Shown one piece after another: positions 17,652-28,396 of a stretch of 64,000 nucleotides of DNA (positions are counted from its first letter, which is position 1; each line of letters opens with the position of its first letter). The stretch covers positions 59,981 to 123,980 of the forward strand of contig CALXTU010000001.1 of NCBI GenBank assembly GCA_944391495.1. Direction: 5' to 3'. The notes under the pieces were generated by a model. The model ran no database searches and was not told the origin of the DNA. It was given only the letters and a program-made list of their open reading frames with translations. Origin of the DNA: an uncultured Alphaproteobacteria bacterium. Its GTDB lineage: Bacteria; Pseudomonadota; Alphaproteobacteria; RF32; CAG-239. Position numbers and translations under genes: made by a program.

Positions 17652-17881
17652 TAAAAAAGCTCATGATCGGAATGATAAGGTTTTATCAACGTTGTCTGTC
17701 CCCTCTGCTGCCCAATGTCTGCCGTTATCGTCCGACCTGTTCGGAATATTTTATTGAGGCGCTGATGACGCACGGCGTGATTAAAGGAAGCTGGCTGGGC
17801 ATTAAAAGAATCCTGCGTTGTCACCCCTGGGGCGGAAGCGGTTATGACCCGGTGCCACCGGGAAAACAAAAAAACGAATAA
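17648..17881 (+). CDS. yidD: Membrane protein insertion efficiency factor YidD
   Basis: [10 protein letters not shown]...[13 protein letters not shown] conserved YidD motifs. Overlaps the rnpA stop. Confidence 0.9.
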   Translation: MIKKLMIGMIRFYQRCLSPLLPNVCRYRPTCSEYFIEALMTHGVIKGSWLGIKRILRCHPWGGSGYDPVPPGKQKNE

Positions 17882-17963
17882 CCCGGGATATTCGCTTGCT
17901 TAAAGGCGTTATTTATACTACATATTGAAACAATACGGTTTGTTTTGAGGAGTTTGAACAAAT

Positions 17964-19649
17964 ATGAGAGATGAAACCAAAGGCCTGTATCTGGCGATTT
18001 TGCTTTCGGCTGTCGCTATTCTGCTGATTAACTGGATATGGCCGAGCAACAGGCAAATTGCCGCGACGCCGGCTGCGGTCGAGGAACAACAGCCAGCCCC
18101 GCAGGTTGAAAACGAGGATACAACCGATTTATACAAACCGGCCGAGCGTGAAATCGTTGCCGTTGAAGAAGCCTTGAAAGCCGATAAGCGCGTTGATATT
18201 GCCAATGCCAAAGTGGTTGGTTCTCTCCGGCTCAAAGGCGCCAGATTTGATAATCTGTACCTGACCAATTACAAACAAACCCTGGAAGAAAACAGTGCCG
18301 ATGTCGAACTTTTGATGCCGGGCTCGACGTTGTCGCCTTATTATGCCGAATTCGGCTGGCTGAGCAACAATCCTTCGATCAAGCTCCCCGGCAGCCAAAC
18401 CGTCTGGAAGGCCGTCGGCGGCAAACTGACACCGGAATCGCCCCTGACTTTGGAATGGAACAACGGACAGGGACTGAAATTTGTGCGCAAGATTTCGCTG
18501 GATAAAAATTATATGTTCAATATTGAACAGATTGTCGAAAACACAACCGGAAAAAGCATCACCCTTTATCCTTACGGGCTTATCAACCGGGTTTATGCGC
18601 CGCAGGAAAGCGCCTCCAGCATTGTTCACGAAGGGCTTATCGGCGTTATCGACACCAACCTGAAAGAATTTAAGCCTAAGGATTTGGACGTCGGCGATAA
18701 AGAGGAATTTGAAACAGCCGGCGGCTGGCTCGGTTTTGGCGACAGATATTGGTTTTCGGCCATTGTGTTGAACAACAATGCACAAAACAAAGCGCGGTTT
18801 GCCAGAACGGCCGAAGACACCTATCAGGCCGATTATGTCGGCGCACCGGTGGTTGTTGCCGGCGGCAGTGTCGGCACCAGCAGCATCAGATTTTTTGCCG
18901 GTGCCAAAGAGATTAAACTTTTGGATTATTACACCAAAAATGCCGGTATTGAAAAATTTGATCTGGCGGTTGATTTCGGCTGGTATTATTTTTTGACCAA
19001 GCCTTTCTTTTACATTCTGGACTTTTTATACCGTTTTATCGGCAACATGGGCTGGGCAATTTTGTTGTTCGCGGCGCTTTTACGGCTGGTGATGTTTCCC
19101 ATTGCCAACAAGTCGTACGAAAGTATGTCCAAAATGAAGAAAGTTCAGCCGAAAATCATGGCGCTGCAGGAAACTTATAAAAACGACAAAATGCGCCTGC
19201 AGCAGGAGATGATGAATTTGTATAAAAAAGAAAAGATTAATCCGGCGTCGGGTTGCCTGCCGCTGCTGATACAAATTCCGGTATTTTTCTCGTTGTACAA
19301 GGTTTTGAACATTGCCATTGAAATCCGCCATGCCCCGTTTGTCGGCTGGATTAAAGATCTTTCGGCGCCGGATCCGATGACGCTTTCGGCAATGACGGGA
19401 ATCCCTATTCCGAGCCTGCTTGACCTCGGCGTGTGGCCGATATTGATGGGTATTACAATGTATATACAGCAAAAGCTGTCGCCCAAACCGGCTAACAAGG
19501 ATCAGGCAAGAATGTTTGCGCTGATGCCGGTCATCTTTACCTTTATGCTAGGGCATTTTGCCTCCGGACTGGTGATTTACTGGACGCTGAGCAATGTTTT
19601 GTCCATTATTCAGCAGCGCGTTATCATGAAAAAGGTCGGGGTTGATTAA
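17964..19649 (+). CDS. yidC: Membrane protein insertase YidC
   Basis: 561 aa: N-terminal TM, large periplasmic domain, C-terminal five-TM core. rpmH-rnpA-yidD-yidC synteny. Confidence 0.9.
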   Translation: MRDETKGLYLAILLSAVAILLINWIWPSNRQIAATPAAVEEQQPAPQVENEDTTDLYKPAEREIVAVEEALKADKRVDIANAKVVGSLRLKGARFDNLYLTNYKQTLEENSADVELLMPGSTLSPYYAEFGWLSNNPSIKLPGSQTVWKAVGGKLTPESPLTLEWNNGQGLKFVRKISLDKNYMFNIEQIVENTTGKSITLYPYGLINRVYAPQESASSIVHEGLIGVIDTNLKEFKPKDLDVGDKEEFETAGGWLGFGDRYWFSAIVLNNNAQNKARFARTAEDTYQADYVGAPVVVAGGSVGTSSIRFFAGAKEIKLLDYYTKNAGIEKFDLAVDFGWYYFLTKPFFYILDFLYRFIGNMGWAILLFAALLRLVMFPIANKSYESMSKMKKVQPKIMALQETYKNDKMRLQQEMMNLYKKEKINPASGCLPLLIQIPVFFSLYKVLNIAIEIRHAPFVGWIKDLSAPDPMTLSAMTGIPIPSLLDLGVWPILMGITMYIQQKLSPKPANKDQARMFALMPVIFTFMLGHFASGLVIYWTLSNVLSIIQQRVIMKKVGVD

Positions 19650-20293
19650 TGGCTTTTGCGGCAAAAGATTTTACCCCTGAACAACTTGCCGCTGCCGAGG
19701 CTCTGTTTAAACGCGGCACGACGTTTGTGCTGGGAGTTGCCAAGGCAGAACAGCTACCGGCGGCCGACCGGCCGGAGATTGCTTTTGCCGGACGTTCCAA
19801 TGTCGGGAAGTCAAGCCTGATTAATGCGGTAACAGGACAAAAGGGCCTGGCCAAAACATCTAACACACCGGGACGTACCCAGCAGCTTAATTTTTTTGAT
19901 CTGGCCGGATTACTTTATCTGGTTGACCTGCCGGGATACGGCTACGCGCAGGCGCCGGAAGCCCAGGTTAAGCAATGGCAGAAGGTAATTTTTGCTTATT
20001 TGCAGGGGCGTCCGAATCTGAAAAGGGTATTTTTGCTTATCGACTCGCGTCACGGTATTAAAAAAATTGACCGCGAGATTATGGAAATGCTGGACAAAGC
20101 CGCGGTAACTTATCAGATTGTCTTAACCAAGACGGATAAAATCAGCTCGGCGGCTCTTATGCAAATTCTGGCCGAAACCGAAGCGGAAACCGCCAAACAC
20201 GCGGCGGCTTATGTACGGGTTTTGACAACGAGTTCCGAAAAAAAGGCCGGTATTGATGCCTTGCGCGCCGAGATAGCCGCACTGACTGAATAA
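19649..20293 (+). CDS. engB: Ribosome biogenesis GTP-binding protein YihA/EngB
   Basis: G1 motif [10 protein letters not shown]3 DLPGYG, G4 TKTD. ATGA overlap with the yidC stop. Confidence 0.9.
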   Translation: MAFAAKDFTPEQLAAAEALFKRGTTFVLGVAKAEQLPAADRPEIAFAGRSNVGKSSLINAVTGQKGLAKTSNTPGRTQQLNFFDLAGLLYLVDLPGYGYAQAPEAQVKQWQKVIFAYLQGRPNLKRVFLLIDSRHGIKKIDREIMEMLDKAAVTYQIVLTKTDKISSAALMQILAETEAETAKHAAAYVRVLTTSSEKKAGIDALRAEIAALTE

Positions 20294-20315
20294 ATCTTTT
20301 AGCTTGAAAAAAAAG

Positions 20316-20343
20316 CCCGCAAACTATCATTTGCGGGCTTTAA
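20316..20343. terminator. Bidirectional intrinsic terminator
   Basis: agcccgcaaa-ctatca-tttgcgggct hairpin flanked by A8 and a T-rich run, between convergent engB and the lipoprotein gene. Confidence 0.8.
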
Positions 20344-20357
20344 TTAATTTTGTTTTC

Positions 20358-21452
20358 TCAGCGGACGAAAACCATAACGGCCGGCGAACTGACTTTGGCG
20401 TCGGTTTTGGCCGAGATATTGACACGGTCGGCGCTTACACCCAGCTCAATAATATCCTGAAAGATTTGCGAGGCATATTTCTGGGCATTGTTGCCGCGCG
20501 GCGAATTGACCGCAACAACATCAAAAATAACATCCGGTTTTTTGGCCACGGCATTGGCAACCGCCTGTTTTAAACCTTCCTGATATTTGACATCGGGAGA
20601 GCTGAATTTGACTGCCAACAAAGGTTTACCGCCGGCAAGCGCCGGAGCGGCTTTGGCATTCGGCCGGGGAAGTCCTTCAACAGACATCGGCGAACGGCTC
20701 AAAGGCACGTTATTGACGCCGAAACTGCCGACGCGAATGGCATCGCTCAATTTGGCAATGTTGTTACTTGCCGTTTCGATATACTGCTGCTGGCGGGTGA
20801 TATCGCTGTTGACTTCGCCCAGCAGAGAATGCATCAAAATCGAGGTTTGACCGGCTTCGTTTTCCAAAACGCGCAACTGGCGGTGATCCTCGTCAACCGC
20901 ACCGGATATGCTGTATGCCGAACGAATAGCATCAACCAGATAATCGGTGTTGGCGGTATCGGCGGCAATTTTGGCCGACAACTGATCCAAAGCGGCCGAG
21001 TTGGTGCTCATGGTCTGAATGTTGTTTTGGGCAATTGAGAGCATCTCAAACATCTGCGGGTTGCCCGGCGTGGTACCGACCTGCAGTTTGGCCTCAATCA
21101 TGCCGATGGTTTTATGATATTGCAACGCATTGTTGACAACGGATTTTCTGATATTCTGCAATTGGGTGTTGTTTTCCCTGATGGACGACTGCAACTGGCT
21201 CAATTCGCTACGGAAAGTCATAACCTTCTGACCGACAAAAGTTCCGGTATTGCTGACTTCGGAAACATTAACGGGCTCAAAATTGGTGGTTCCCAAAGCA
21301 ATGCCGGCGGCCTGAGCGTTGTTTTCTTCAGAAGTCTGCGCGGCGGCATCATCTCCGAAAAGCGACGGGAAAATGGCATCAGACGAATAGGTGCATCCGC
21401 CCAGAGCGATTGCCGCGACCATTAAAGAAGATAATTTTGCTAATTTTGTCAT
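20358..21452 (-). CDS. Putative lipoprotein with coiled-coil region
   Basis: Lipobox LGGC signal peptide (MTKLAKLSSLMVAAIALGGC). Central Q/N/L-rich heptad-like segment. No recognisable catalytic motif. Confidence 0.5.
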   Translation of the reverse strand: MTKLAKLSSLMVAAIALGGCTYSSDAIFPSLFGDDAAAQTSEENNAQAAGIALGTTNFEPVNVSEVSNTGTFVGQKVMTFRSELSQLQSSIRENNTQLQNIRKSVVNNALQYHKTIGMIEAKLQVGTTPGNPQMFEMLSIAQNNIQTMSTNSAALDQLSAKIAADTANTDYLVDAIRSAYSISGAVDEDHRQLRVLENEAGQTSILMHSLLGEVNSDITRQQQYIETASNNIAKLSDAIRVGSFGVNNVPLSRSPMSVEGLPRPNAKAAPALAGGKPLLAVKFSSPDVKYQEGLKQAVANAVAKKPDVIFDVVAVNSPRGNNAQKYASQIFQDIIELGVSADRVNISAKTDAKVSSPAVMVFVR

Positions 21453-21673
21453 CGAAAAAGCACCCTAATAAAAAAATAACATTCTTTTTTGTTTTTACAC
21501 TATCTGCCGGTTTTGTAAAGAAATTTTTTACAAAAAGACAGGTTTTAAAATTCAGTCTGCCTTAAAGATAGTCCATTTTATTAAATTATTGGTAAAGAAA
21601 TAAATTTTTTTAGCAAAAAAATCGCTTGCTTTTTTGATTATGATGATGTAATAACTGTTTCTGTCATAAAGAT

Positions 21674-21750
21674 GCGCCCGTAGCTCAATTGGATAGAGCA
21701 TCTGACTACGGATCAGAAGGTTGTGAGTTCGAATCCCGCCGGGCGCGCCA
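21674..21750 (+). tRNA. tRNA-Arg (anticodon ACG)
   Basis: Acceptor GCGCCCG/CGGGCGC, D-arm GCTC-AATTGGAT-AGAGC, anticodon stem TCTGA/TCAGA with loop CTACGGA, T-arm GTGAG-TTCGAAT-CCCGC (one A-C mismatch), CCA encoded. Confidence 0.8.
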
Positions 21751-21754
21751 TTAA

Positions 21755-21785
21755 AAACTCCCTGTCACAGGGAGTTTTTTATTGC
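21755..21785 (+). terminator. Intrinsic terminator after tRNA-Arg
   Basis: ctccctgt-cac-agggag followed by T6. Confidence 0.8.
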
Positions 21786-21886
21786 CCGAATTAAAAATTT
21801 TCTCACTTTTTGTCGCGTTGTATAAAAATTTGAAGCCCCCTTATCATCGGGAGGAATGCCTCCCGATGAGCGATGACGATACCTTG

Positions 21887-21948
21887 TCATGTTGAGCGAA
21901 AGCGAAACATCTGAGAGATTCTTCGGGACTATCGTCCCTCAGAATGAC
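21887..21948. repeat. Family-A palindromic repeat unit (plus partial unit to ~21975)
   Basis: gtcatgttgagcgaaagcgaaacatctgagagattcttcggg-actat-cgtccctcagaatgac. Preceded by a second hairpin catcgggagg-aatg-cctcccgatg (21848-21871). Confidence 0.85.
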
Positions 21949-21974
21949 AAGGATGGAATGCGCAGAATGACAGA

Positions 21975-22003
21975 AAAAGCCTCCGTTAAAAAGGAGGCTT
22001 TTT
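21975..22003. terminator. Intrinsic terminator hairpin downstream of the 22022-22936 gene
   Basis: aaaagcctcc-gttaaaa-aggaggctttttt. Confidence 0.7.
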
Positions 22004-22021
22004 TGTGAACTTTTCCGGCTT

Positions 22022-22936
22022 TTAAACACTCAGCAGGGTTGAAAACAACTGACTGGTTTTGTCTTGTTTGCTTTTAATCGAAGACAAATTGGTGTAAGCA
22101 TCAGACAGCATTGTTGCGGTTGCCTCATATTTCTGCGCCTGTATCTGCGCAGCATAAGCCGATGAAATGTATTCGGCCGACGACGTGCTTGATGTCAGCG
22201 ATATGGTTTGGTTTTCCGAATCTGTCGATTTATTTTCGGTTACCAAATAGTCGTTACGATATTTATCGCCCTGACGAATTTGCATAACATAGGGCGTGCT
22301 GGCGCTCGGCGTTTCTTCCTCCGAGCTGACCTCGATATAGTAATAACCTTTTTTGGCCTTATAATCGCCGGACAAAATCGCTTTCATATTGGCATATTCA
22401 TCGGAACTTTTATCTGCTGTCGAATCACCAACAGTTACGGTGCGATTACCCTGCTTCATATAAACCTTAATGGTCATACCGGGCGCAATATCGTCAAGCA
22501 ATCCTTTTTTGGCCTCTTCACGGGCAGCCTTTTGTTTCTCGACTTCGGCGCGGGCAATTTCCAGCGGCGTTTTCGGCGTGGTGTCAATAACCTCTTCCTC
22601 GGTTTTGATGCCCATCGCCTCCAACTCAGCCTTAATTTCTTCCAGACGGGTTTCGTACTTGGATAAATCCAAGACATCGCCGTCATCGGTCGAATCGCCG
22701 GTGCGCAGGTTGATAAACAGCTTGCCGTTTGACTGAACCTGAACCATGTACATATCTTTATTGTCATACTGGTCCAGTGTCGCAATAACGGAAATACGCG
22801 AATCGTTTAAGCGCGACCAGCCGAGATCACGGGCATTGGCAAAGCTTTCGTCAACATTGTTGACGTCGGTAACCGATTTGTCCCAGCCGGCGATATTGCT
22901 GCTTTCCGTTGAGCTGCCTACACTCGAAATAGCCAT
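22022..22936 (-). CDS. Hypothetical acidic Ser/Thr-rich protein (304 aa), no signal peptide; candidate secreted or surface protein
   Basis: No recognisable enzymatic motif. Ser/Thr-rich N- and C-termini with an acidic central coiled-coil-like region. Flanked by tRNA-Arg and a family-A repeat. Own AT-rich promoter region 22937-23015. Confidence 0.45.
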   Translation of the reverse strand: MAISSVGSSTESSNIAGWDKSVTDVNNVDESFANARDLGWSRLNDSRISVIATLDQYDNKDMYMVQVQSNGKLFINLRTGDSTDDGDVLDLSKYETRLEEIKAELEAMGIKTEEEVIDTTPKTPLEIARAEVEKQKAAREEAKKGLLDDIAPGMTIKVYMKQGNRTVTVGDSTADKSSDEYANMKAILSGDYKAKKGYYYIEVSSEEETPSASTPYVMQIRQGDKYRNDYLVTENKSTDSENQTISLTSSTSSAEYISSAYAAQIQAQKYEATATMLSDAYTNLSSIKSKQDKTSQLFSTLLSV

Positions 22937-23015
22937 GGCAATTCTCCCTGATAAAAAATTACCTTATATTTTATAATAGCATGAATTTTCTAAACAAACA
23001 ATTAAATTGTTCGTT

Positions 23016-24164
23016 TTACGCAGCAAACAGATCTTTGATTTTGTCAAAAAAGCTTTTGGCCTCCGGCTGGCAGGAATCTTCTTTGCCGATGCTGCGAAAC
23101 TCCTCCAGAAGCTCTTTCTGGCGCGCCGAAAGGTTAACCGGGGTTTCAACCCGCAGTTTGACAAACAAATCACCGCGGCGTTCGGTGCGGACAACCGGCA
23201 TCCCCTGTCCCTTAACCTTAACAACCTGATCCGTTTGGGCGCCGGGGGCAATGGTCAGCTCAATCTTGTTGCCGTTGATGGCCGGGATTTCTATCTTGCC
23301 GCCCAAGGCCGCACAGCACATTGAAATCGGTATGCGGGTGTATAAACTGGCGCCGTCACGCTCATAAAGCTTATGTCCTTTAACATTGACAAAAACATAT
23401 AAATCACCGTTCTCGCCGCCGCGGATACCGGCCTCTCCGGCGCCCTCAACACGCATACGGGTGCCGTCTTCAATACCGGCAGGAATTTTGACCTTAATGA
23501 CTTTGTTTTTATTGATAAACCCCTTGCCTTTGCAATCCGGGCAGGCATCTTTAACCAAACGCCCCGTTCCCTTGCACTGCGGGCAGCTTTGTTCAACCAC
23601 AAAAAAGCCCTGTTGCAGACGCACCTTGCCTGAACCGCCGCAATGCGGGCAGACGGGAGCCTCGCTACCGTCTTTAGTGCCGTGACCATGGCAGGTTGCA
23701 CAAGTTTCGGTTGACGGGAAACTGATTTCTTTTTCTAACCCTGAAAAAGCCTCTTCAAGCGTTATGCTCAGGTTATAGCGGACATCCTGGCCGCGCTGAG
23801 CGTAGCTTTGTTTGCGACCGCGACCGCCGCCCATAAATTCGGAAAAGACATCGGCAAAAATATCGGCAAAGCCGCCGGCCGCACCGCCAAAATCAAAATT
23901 AAACCCGCCAAACGGATTGCCGCCGCCCATGCCGCCGTTTTGAAACGCCGCATGGCCGTAGCGATCATATGCGGCACGTTTTTGATCATCTTTCAAAACC
24001 TCATAAGCCTCGTTTATCTCTTTGAAGCGGGCTTCGGCCTCTTTATTGCCGGGATTGCGGTCGGGATGATACTGCATTGCCAGACGGCGAAACGATTTTT
24101 TAATTTCATCACCGGTAGCGGTTTTGGAAACTTCCAATATTTCGTAATAGTCTTTTTCTGTCAT
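23016..24164 (-). CDS. dnaJ: Chaperone DnaJ (type I: J domain, G/F region, four CxxCxGxG zinc-finger repeats)
   Basis: J domain YYEILEV...[29 protein letters not shown] and CPDCKGKG repeats. Confidence 0.95.
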   Translation of the reverse strand: MTEKDYYEILEVSKTATGDEIKKSFRRLAMQYHPDRNPGNKEAEARFKEINEAYEVLKDDQKRAAYDRYGHAAFQNGGMGGGNPFGGFNFDFGGAAGGFADIFADVFSEFMGGGRGRKQSYAQRGQDVRYNLSITLEEAFSGLEKEISFPSTETCATCHGHGTKDGSEAPVCPHCGGSGKVRLQQGFFVVEQSCPQCKGTGRLVKDACPDCKGKGFINKNKVIKVKIPAGIEDGTRMRVEGAGEAGIRGGENGDLYVFVNVKGHKLYERDGASLYTRIPISMCCAALGGKIEIPAINGNKIELTIAPGAQTDQVVKVKGQGMPVVRTERRGDLFVKLRVETPVNLSARQKELLEEFRSIGKEDSCQPEAKSFFDKIKDLFAA

Positions 24165-24390
24165 AACCCGTCAACGCCTTTTTATATTTTTGCTTGCTCT
24201 TTATTTAGGGATATTCACCGGAAAATGCAAGCTATTTCGGCAAGTTTTTGAATTAAAAGCATAAAGTATATATTAATAAATTTTTGCTAAGATTGTTTTA
24301 ATGGAAATTTTGACAAAAATTATTGTTTTTTCTGTCAATAATATGATACAGTAATAATATGAATGCAGGTTCATACAGGAGTTTATTGCC

Positions 24391-27300
24391 ATGACTAATA
24401 CATCTAACTGGCCAAGAGAAGTCATTGATATTGAACAATTAAAAACCGTTTTCGACGATAACAATATTAATATAACTGATGAATTGGACATTGTTTTGCG
24501 GCAAAGGGCTCATGTCGATTTACCTTACGGCAAACGCTACCAGCATGTAAGATTTGCCACAATTCTGGGCGCTGTTTATGTTCCTGACAGTATTTATAAA
24601 GAAAAAGAACGCGAAAAACACTTAAAAAAGCTCCGCCGCTATTATGACCAAAATGCGACAAAATCTTATATTAAACTGGAAACGGCCGAATTTTACTGTA
24701 ATTTTCTGGATCAAATCAAAGACAGCATTGAACAGCGGCACCCCGGAGTCAAATTACCCTTGATATCTATTGATAAGCCTTTGGAAAAGCAAGAACATTT
24801 CCATGGATCTGGCTCAAAAAAAGAGAAAAAGACCAAAACCCTTAATGATAAAATCGTTAAAATAGACCGTTATCAGGTTATTAATCCTTCGTGTTTACAA
24901 AAACTATCAGCTGATGAACTGTCCAAGCTGCTTGACGAGGTTTTTCAGAAGCGTAGTGCAGATCTCACCTCTACTGCCGATAAAGATAAACTGCTTAATC
25001 TTATATCCAATATTAAATATGCCTTTGCTTATGCACAAAATGACGGCAAAAGTTTAGAACAAAATTCCCATTTAAATCAGGCGCGACGGCTATATAACTA
25101 CCGAGCCGGACAAAACCTCACTCCGCAAACCCAAAAGCTTTATGTTACTTATATGGAAGCGGTTGAGGAAAGACTGAGAAACGAGCACCCTGATTATCAG
25201 GTTGTTTATGATGAAATTCCGTTGCTTTATGAAAACAACCAACCAGAACCCAGACCAGGACCAGGACCAGGACCAGGACCAGGACCAGGACCAGGACCGG
25301 GACCGGAACCGGGGCCTGAGCCTAAGCCGAGACCGGGGCCTGAGCCGAATAAAAAAACTCTGGACGGCTATACCTCGGACGAATGGACCCAGCTGTTGGA
25401 TTCGGCGGTAAAAACGGCTGTTGTTGAAGAAGAAAATCTGACTGAAGGAATTGCCGTTACTTCACTTAAAGAAGTTTTGGGCAAAAAATTTCCCGACAAT
25501 TTTGATACAATGTCTTTGGACGAGATAGAAAGCGAGGTTTTGGCCAAACTCAATCCGGCACAAATAGCACAGTTTAATATTAAAGTTACCGAAAAGGCAC
25601 AAACACTGGCTGAATGCCTGCCGCCGCACTTTTTGACCTTTACGGCCAAACAAACCGATGCGGCTCTGGGCAAAAACGGTATTGACGATGACCTCAAACA
25701 GACGCTAACCGGGCAGCAGGAAATTTTGCGCAGTGCCATAAAAGATATTATTACGCAATATCATACCGGTGTTGTTATTGATGCCGATAATGCGGCGGGT
25801 GTTTATGACGGTCTGAAAGAGATGCTCGCCTATGCCAAGGCTCATAATCTCGGTGAAGCGGAAAAAATCAGCGGTATTTTGGCCAAACTGGAAGAAAGCA
25901 TTAAAGAATATGATGCCAACAACGGTTTGGACAAAGTTACCGAGAACAATCTCGAGGCTGTCAACAAAGCTTATGACACGACGAAAACAGATGTTGACGG
26001 TATCCTTGCAAAAAGCGACTGGGAAACGCAGTTTACAAATATTCTGGATGATGATACTAAAGAAATATTTAAGCAAATCACTTTTCCGGAAACAACAGAC
26101 GAAAACGGAAACAAAACTCCGGCTGAAGAGAACAAAAAGCTTTTTGTCGAATTGATTTTGAACAAAGCCGCCCAACAGACCGCCTGCTCATCGCATGATA
26201 AATCCGGCAATGATTTAAAAAGTGTTTTAAACGAACAAATCAAAGAAACTGCCGTTGCCGAAATCTTTACATTAATGGCTGCGGAAGAGGCTGTTAAAAT
26301 TAACGGAGACCCTAATCTCCGCGCTGAATTGACGGTATCGCCCGGCGATAATATTGCGGCAAAGAAACAAAAACTCGCGGCTTATATATCAAACAAGCCG
26401 GCGGCCACCGCTGTCAGCAAAGATGCTCTTGCCGGTTATTTTGCCGCTGCGGTCAATCGTCAGTCGCTATTTGCCAACCGCCTGGCAACCAAGCTGAATA
26501 ACCGCGGTGCCGGCGTGCTCAAAAAAATGTGGCAACCTTTCCAAAAGCTTGATAAAACCTGTATCAACAGATTTGGCCTGCTTTATACCGTTCCTCGCGG
26601 CATTTTCAAAAATTCACTGCAAAATCTGCCTTGGAGCGCATTAAACGCAGTTGCCAGAGTTGCCGCTTTTTCACAAGTCGGCACCCCGTGGGGAATGGCC
26701 TGTGTTGCCGGATATGCCGCTTATAGCCTGGGAACAACGGCAATCCGCATGATCAGACAATATAAAAAGATCAAAAAACAAGATAAGAGTATGACTCCCG
26801 GAAAATATCTTAAAAACAACTGGTCCGCCATGGCTTTGTCGGTGGTCGGAACGGCGGTATCGGTTATTCCGGGGCTGAGTACCGGCAGCGAATTTTTTAA
26901 AGGCGGACTGGAATGGATGAGAAATACCGGCATGCTTGAACGAACCGGTTTTCTGGGAATGACAAAAGCCAGTGCCGGCCTTATCGGTGCCGGGATGTTG
27001 GATTCGACCATCCGGGGCGCGAAAGCTCATCATGCAGCCGGTAAAGGATGGTTTAAATCTATTGGGGCAGCATTAGGATCTTCGGTTCTTTCCAGTGCGG
27101 CAGGTATTGGTGTGGGCATGGGCTGTGCGACCGGTGCCAACGAATTATTAAATTCCGGCATGAATTTGTTTGGAGATGTCAAAACACAAAATATTCCTAC
27201 CGAATCTTATGAACCTGACAATCCGGATCATTCCAAAGAACAAATTTCTCCCGGAGAATATGATCCTGCTAATCCGAGCCATAGCAAAGAGGCTATACCG

Positions 27301-28332
27301 ACAGACAAACTGGGTATCGGAACAGCCGAAGATTTAACCAAATTGTCCCCTGATGAACTGGCGGCCAGAGGTTTGGTCAGAGAGGATGCCTCGGCTAATG
27401 AACCCGGTGCCTTTTTGACCAGGGAAGAAGTCAGGGCTTATACGACTCATGATTACAGCCAGGAGGAACATAATTTTGCCGAAATGCGCAATTCAGATCC
27501 CCGCTTCAGCGAATTCCTCGAGAGATATCATGTTGCATCTGACTTGCAGGATCCCGCTAATCCGGACAGCGTTTCCGCAACAGCTACGGATAAGATGGCT
27601 CAGGCCATTGACGCCATTGCCGACAAGCATCCTGAAATGCAAAGTGATATGGGTAACGGCAAGTTGCAGAATAATACACAAATGCTTATGTATAAATTGA
27701 CGCAAATGGCTTATCTGGCACCCAATACCGATGCCATGACAACCGACGGAATCCCGGTCGGCGAACAATTCGGCTATCAAAACGAAGATGGTTCGTATAC
27801 GACCTATATGGATTTGATTAAAGAGGCTGTCAATGACGGAAAATTCAGCAACCCTGAAAAAGCCTATGAGGTTTTGATGAAGATTGAAGACCATGTCGGC
27901 GGACAATTGGATAACAGTGTAAACGATATGGGTAAAGTCGATATGTTCGGCAACCAGATTGAAACAGGCAGAAACGTTAATTCCTATCAGGAAAACGATG
28001 CCGGTTATACGAAGCATGAACACCCTGGACAACAGGCCGAATATGAGAAGATTTCCCGGTTTGAAAAGACTACGGAAACAACTTATATGCCTTATAATCC
28101 GTCAATTGATCTTTATAAACAGGTTACCGAGGGAAAAGAGGTGCTGGCCCGTGTTATGGGTAATCACGGCAGATACGAAGAAGGACAGCTTAAACCTGAT
28201 GTTGTCAAAAAAATGCCGGGCATTTCGCAAAATGCCGAAAACAGCAATAATTCCGGCACAACGAATTCTAGAAAAGGTAACATATTTACCAGAATTTTCC
28301 GCCGCGGCGGTAATGGTAACGGAAGACAATAA
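24391..28332 (+). CDS. Giant hypothetical protein (1313 aa) with Pro-Gly repeat linker and central multi-helix hydrophobic domain; effector-like candidate
   Basis: AT-rich ORF inserted between dnaK and dnaJ, opposite in orientation to both. In-frame PGPGPG repeat from the (ccagga)7 microsatellite. About 170 aa of Gly/Ala-rich hydrophobic helices around residues 730-900. Duplicated 13-aa motif YEPDNPDHSKEQI / YDPANPSHSKEAI. No signal peptide. Confidence 0.6.
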   Translation: MTNTSNWPREVIDIEQLKTVFDDNNINITDELDIVLRQRAHVDLPYGKRYQHVRFATILGAVYVPDSIYKEKEREKHLKKLRRYYDQNATKSYIKLETAEFYCNFLDQIKDSIEQRHPGVKLPLISIDKPLEKQEHFHGSGSKKEKKTKTLNDKIVKIDRYQVINPSCLQKLSADELSKLLDEVFQKRSADLTSTADKDKLLNLISNIKYAFAYAQNDGKSLEQNSHLNQARRLYNYRAGQNLTPQTQKLYVTYMEAVEERLRNEHPDYQVVYDEIPLLYENNQPEPRPGPGPGPGPGPGPGPGPEPGPEPKPRPGPEPNKKTLDGYTSDEWTQLLDSAVKTAVVEEENLTEGIAVTSLKEVLGKKFPDNFDTMSLDEIESEVLAKLNPAQIAQFNIKVTEKAQTLAECLPPHFLTFTAKQTDAALGKNGIDDDLKQTLTGQQEILRSAIKDIITQYHTGVVIDADNAAGVYDGLKEMLAYAKAHNLGEAEKISGILAKLEESIKEYDANNGLDKVTENNLEAVNKAYDTTKTDVDGILAKSDWETQFTNILDDDTKEIFKQITFPETTDENGNKTPAEENKKLFVELILNKAAQQTACSSHDKSGNDLKSVLNEQIKETAVAEIFTLMAAEEAVKINGDPNLRAELTVSPGDNIAAKKQKLAAYISNKPAATAVSKDALAGYFAAAVNRQSLFANRLATKLNNRGAGVLKKMWQPFQKLDKTCINRFGLLYTVPRGIFKNSLQNLPWSALNAVARVAAFSQVGTPWGMACVAGYAAYSLGTTAIRMIRQYKKIKKQDKSMTPGKYLKNNWSAMALSVVGTAVSVIPGLSTGSEFFKGGLEWMRNTGMLERTGFLGMTKASAGLIGAGMLDSTIRGAKAHHAAGKGWFKSIGAALGSSVLSSAAGIGVGMGCATGANELLNSGMNLFGDVKTQNIPTESYEPDNPDHSKEQISPGEYDPANPSHSKEAIPTDKLGIGTAEDLTKLSPDELAARGLVREDASANEPGAFLTREEVRAYTTHDYSQEEHNFAEMRNSDPRFSEFLERYHVASDLQDPANPDSVSATATDKMAQAIDAIADKHPEMQSDMGNGKLQNNTQMLMYKLTQMAYLAPNTDAMTTDGIPVGEQFGYQNEDGSYTTYMDLIKEAVNDGKFSNPEKAYEVLMKIEDHVGGQLDNSVNDMGKVDMFGNQIETGRNVNSYQENDAGYTKHEHPGQQAEYEKISRFEKTTETTYMPYNPSIDLYKQVTEGKEVLARVMGNHGRYEEGQLKPDVVKKMPGISQNAENSNNSGTTNSRKGNIFTRIFRRGGNGNGRQ
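25255..25296 (+). repeat. Perfect hexanucleotide microsatellite (ccagga)x7, in frame, within the giant ORF; degenerate ccggga/ccggaa/ccgggg units extend to ~25350
   Basis: Read directly: ccaggaccaggaccaggaccaggaccaggaccaggaccagga. Confidence 0.95.
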
Positions 28333-28356
28333 AAAAACAAACAATATTAGTACAAT

Positions 28357-28396
28357 CAAAGCGTCCCTTGTCTTTTCAAACAAGGGACGCTTTTTA
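28357..28396. terminator. Bidirectional intrinsic terminator between the convergent giant ORF and dnaK
   Basis: Perfect 12-bp stem agcgtcccttgt / acaagggacgct with loop cttttcaa. A-run upstream, T5 downstream. Confidence 0.85.

Noticed and set aside
18129-19498. Minus-strand ORFs inside yidC (218 aa, 130 aa, 107 aa)
   Set aside because: Antisense to a highly conserved gene, with no start context. Shadow ORFs.
20304-21425. Plus-strand ORFs (89, 87, 69, 103 aa) opposite the lipoprotein gene
   Set aside because: Short, overlapping a well-supported minus-strand gene with signal peptide. No RBS or motifs.
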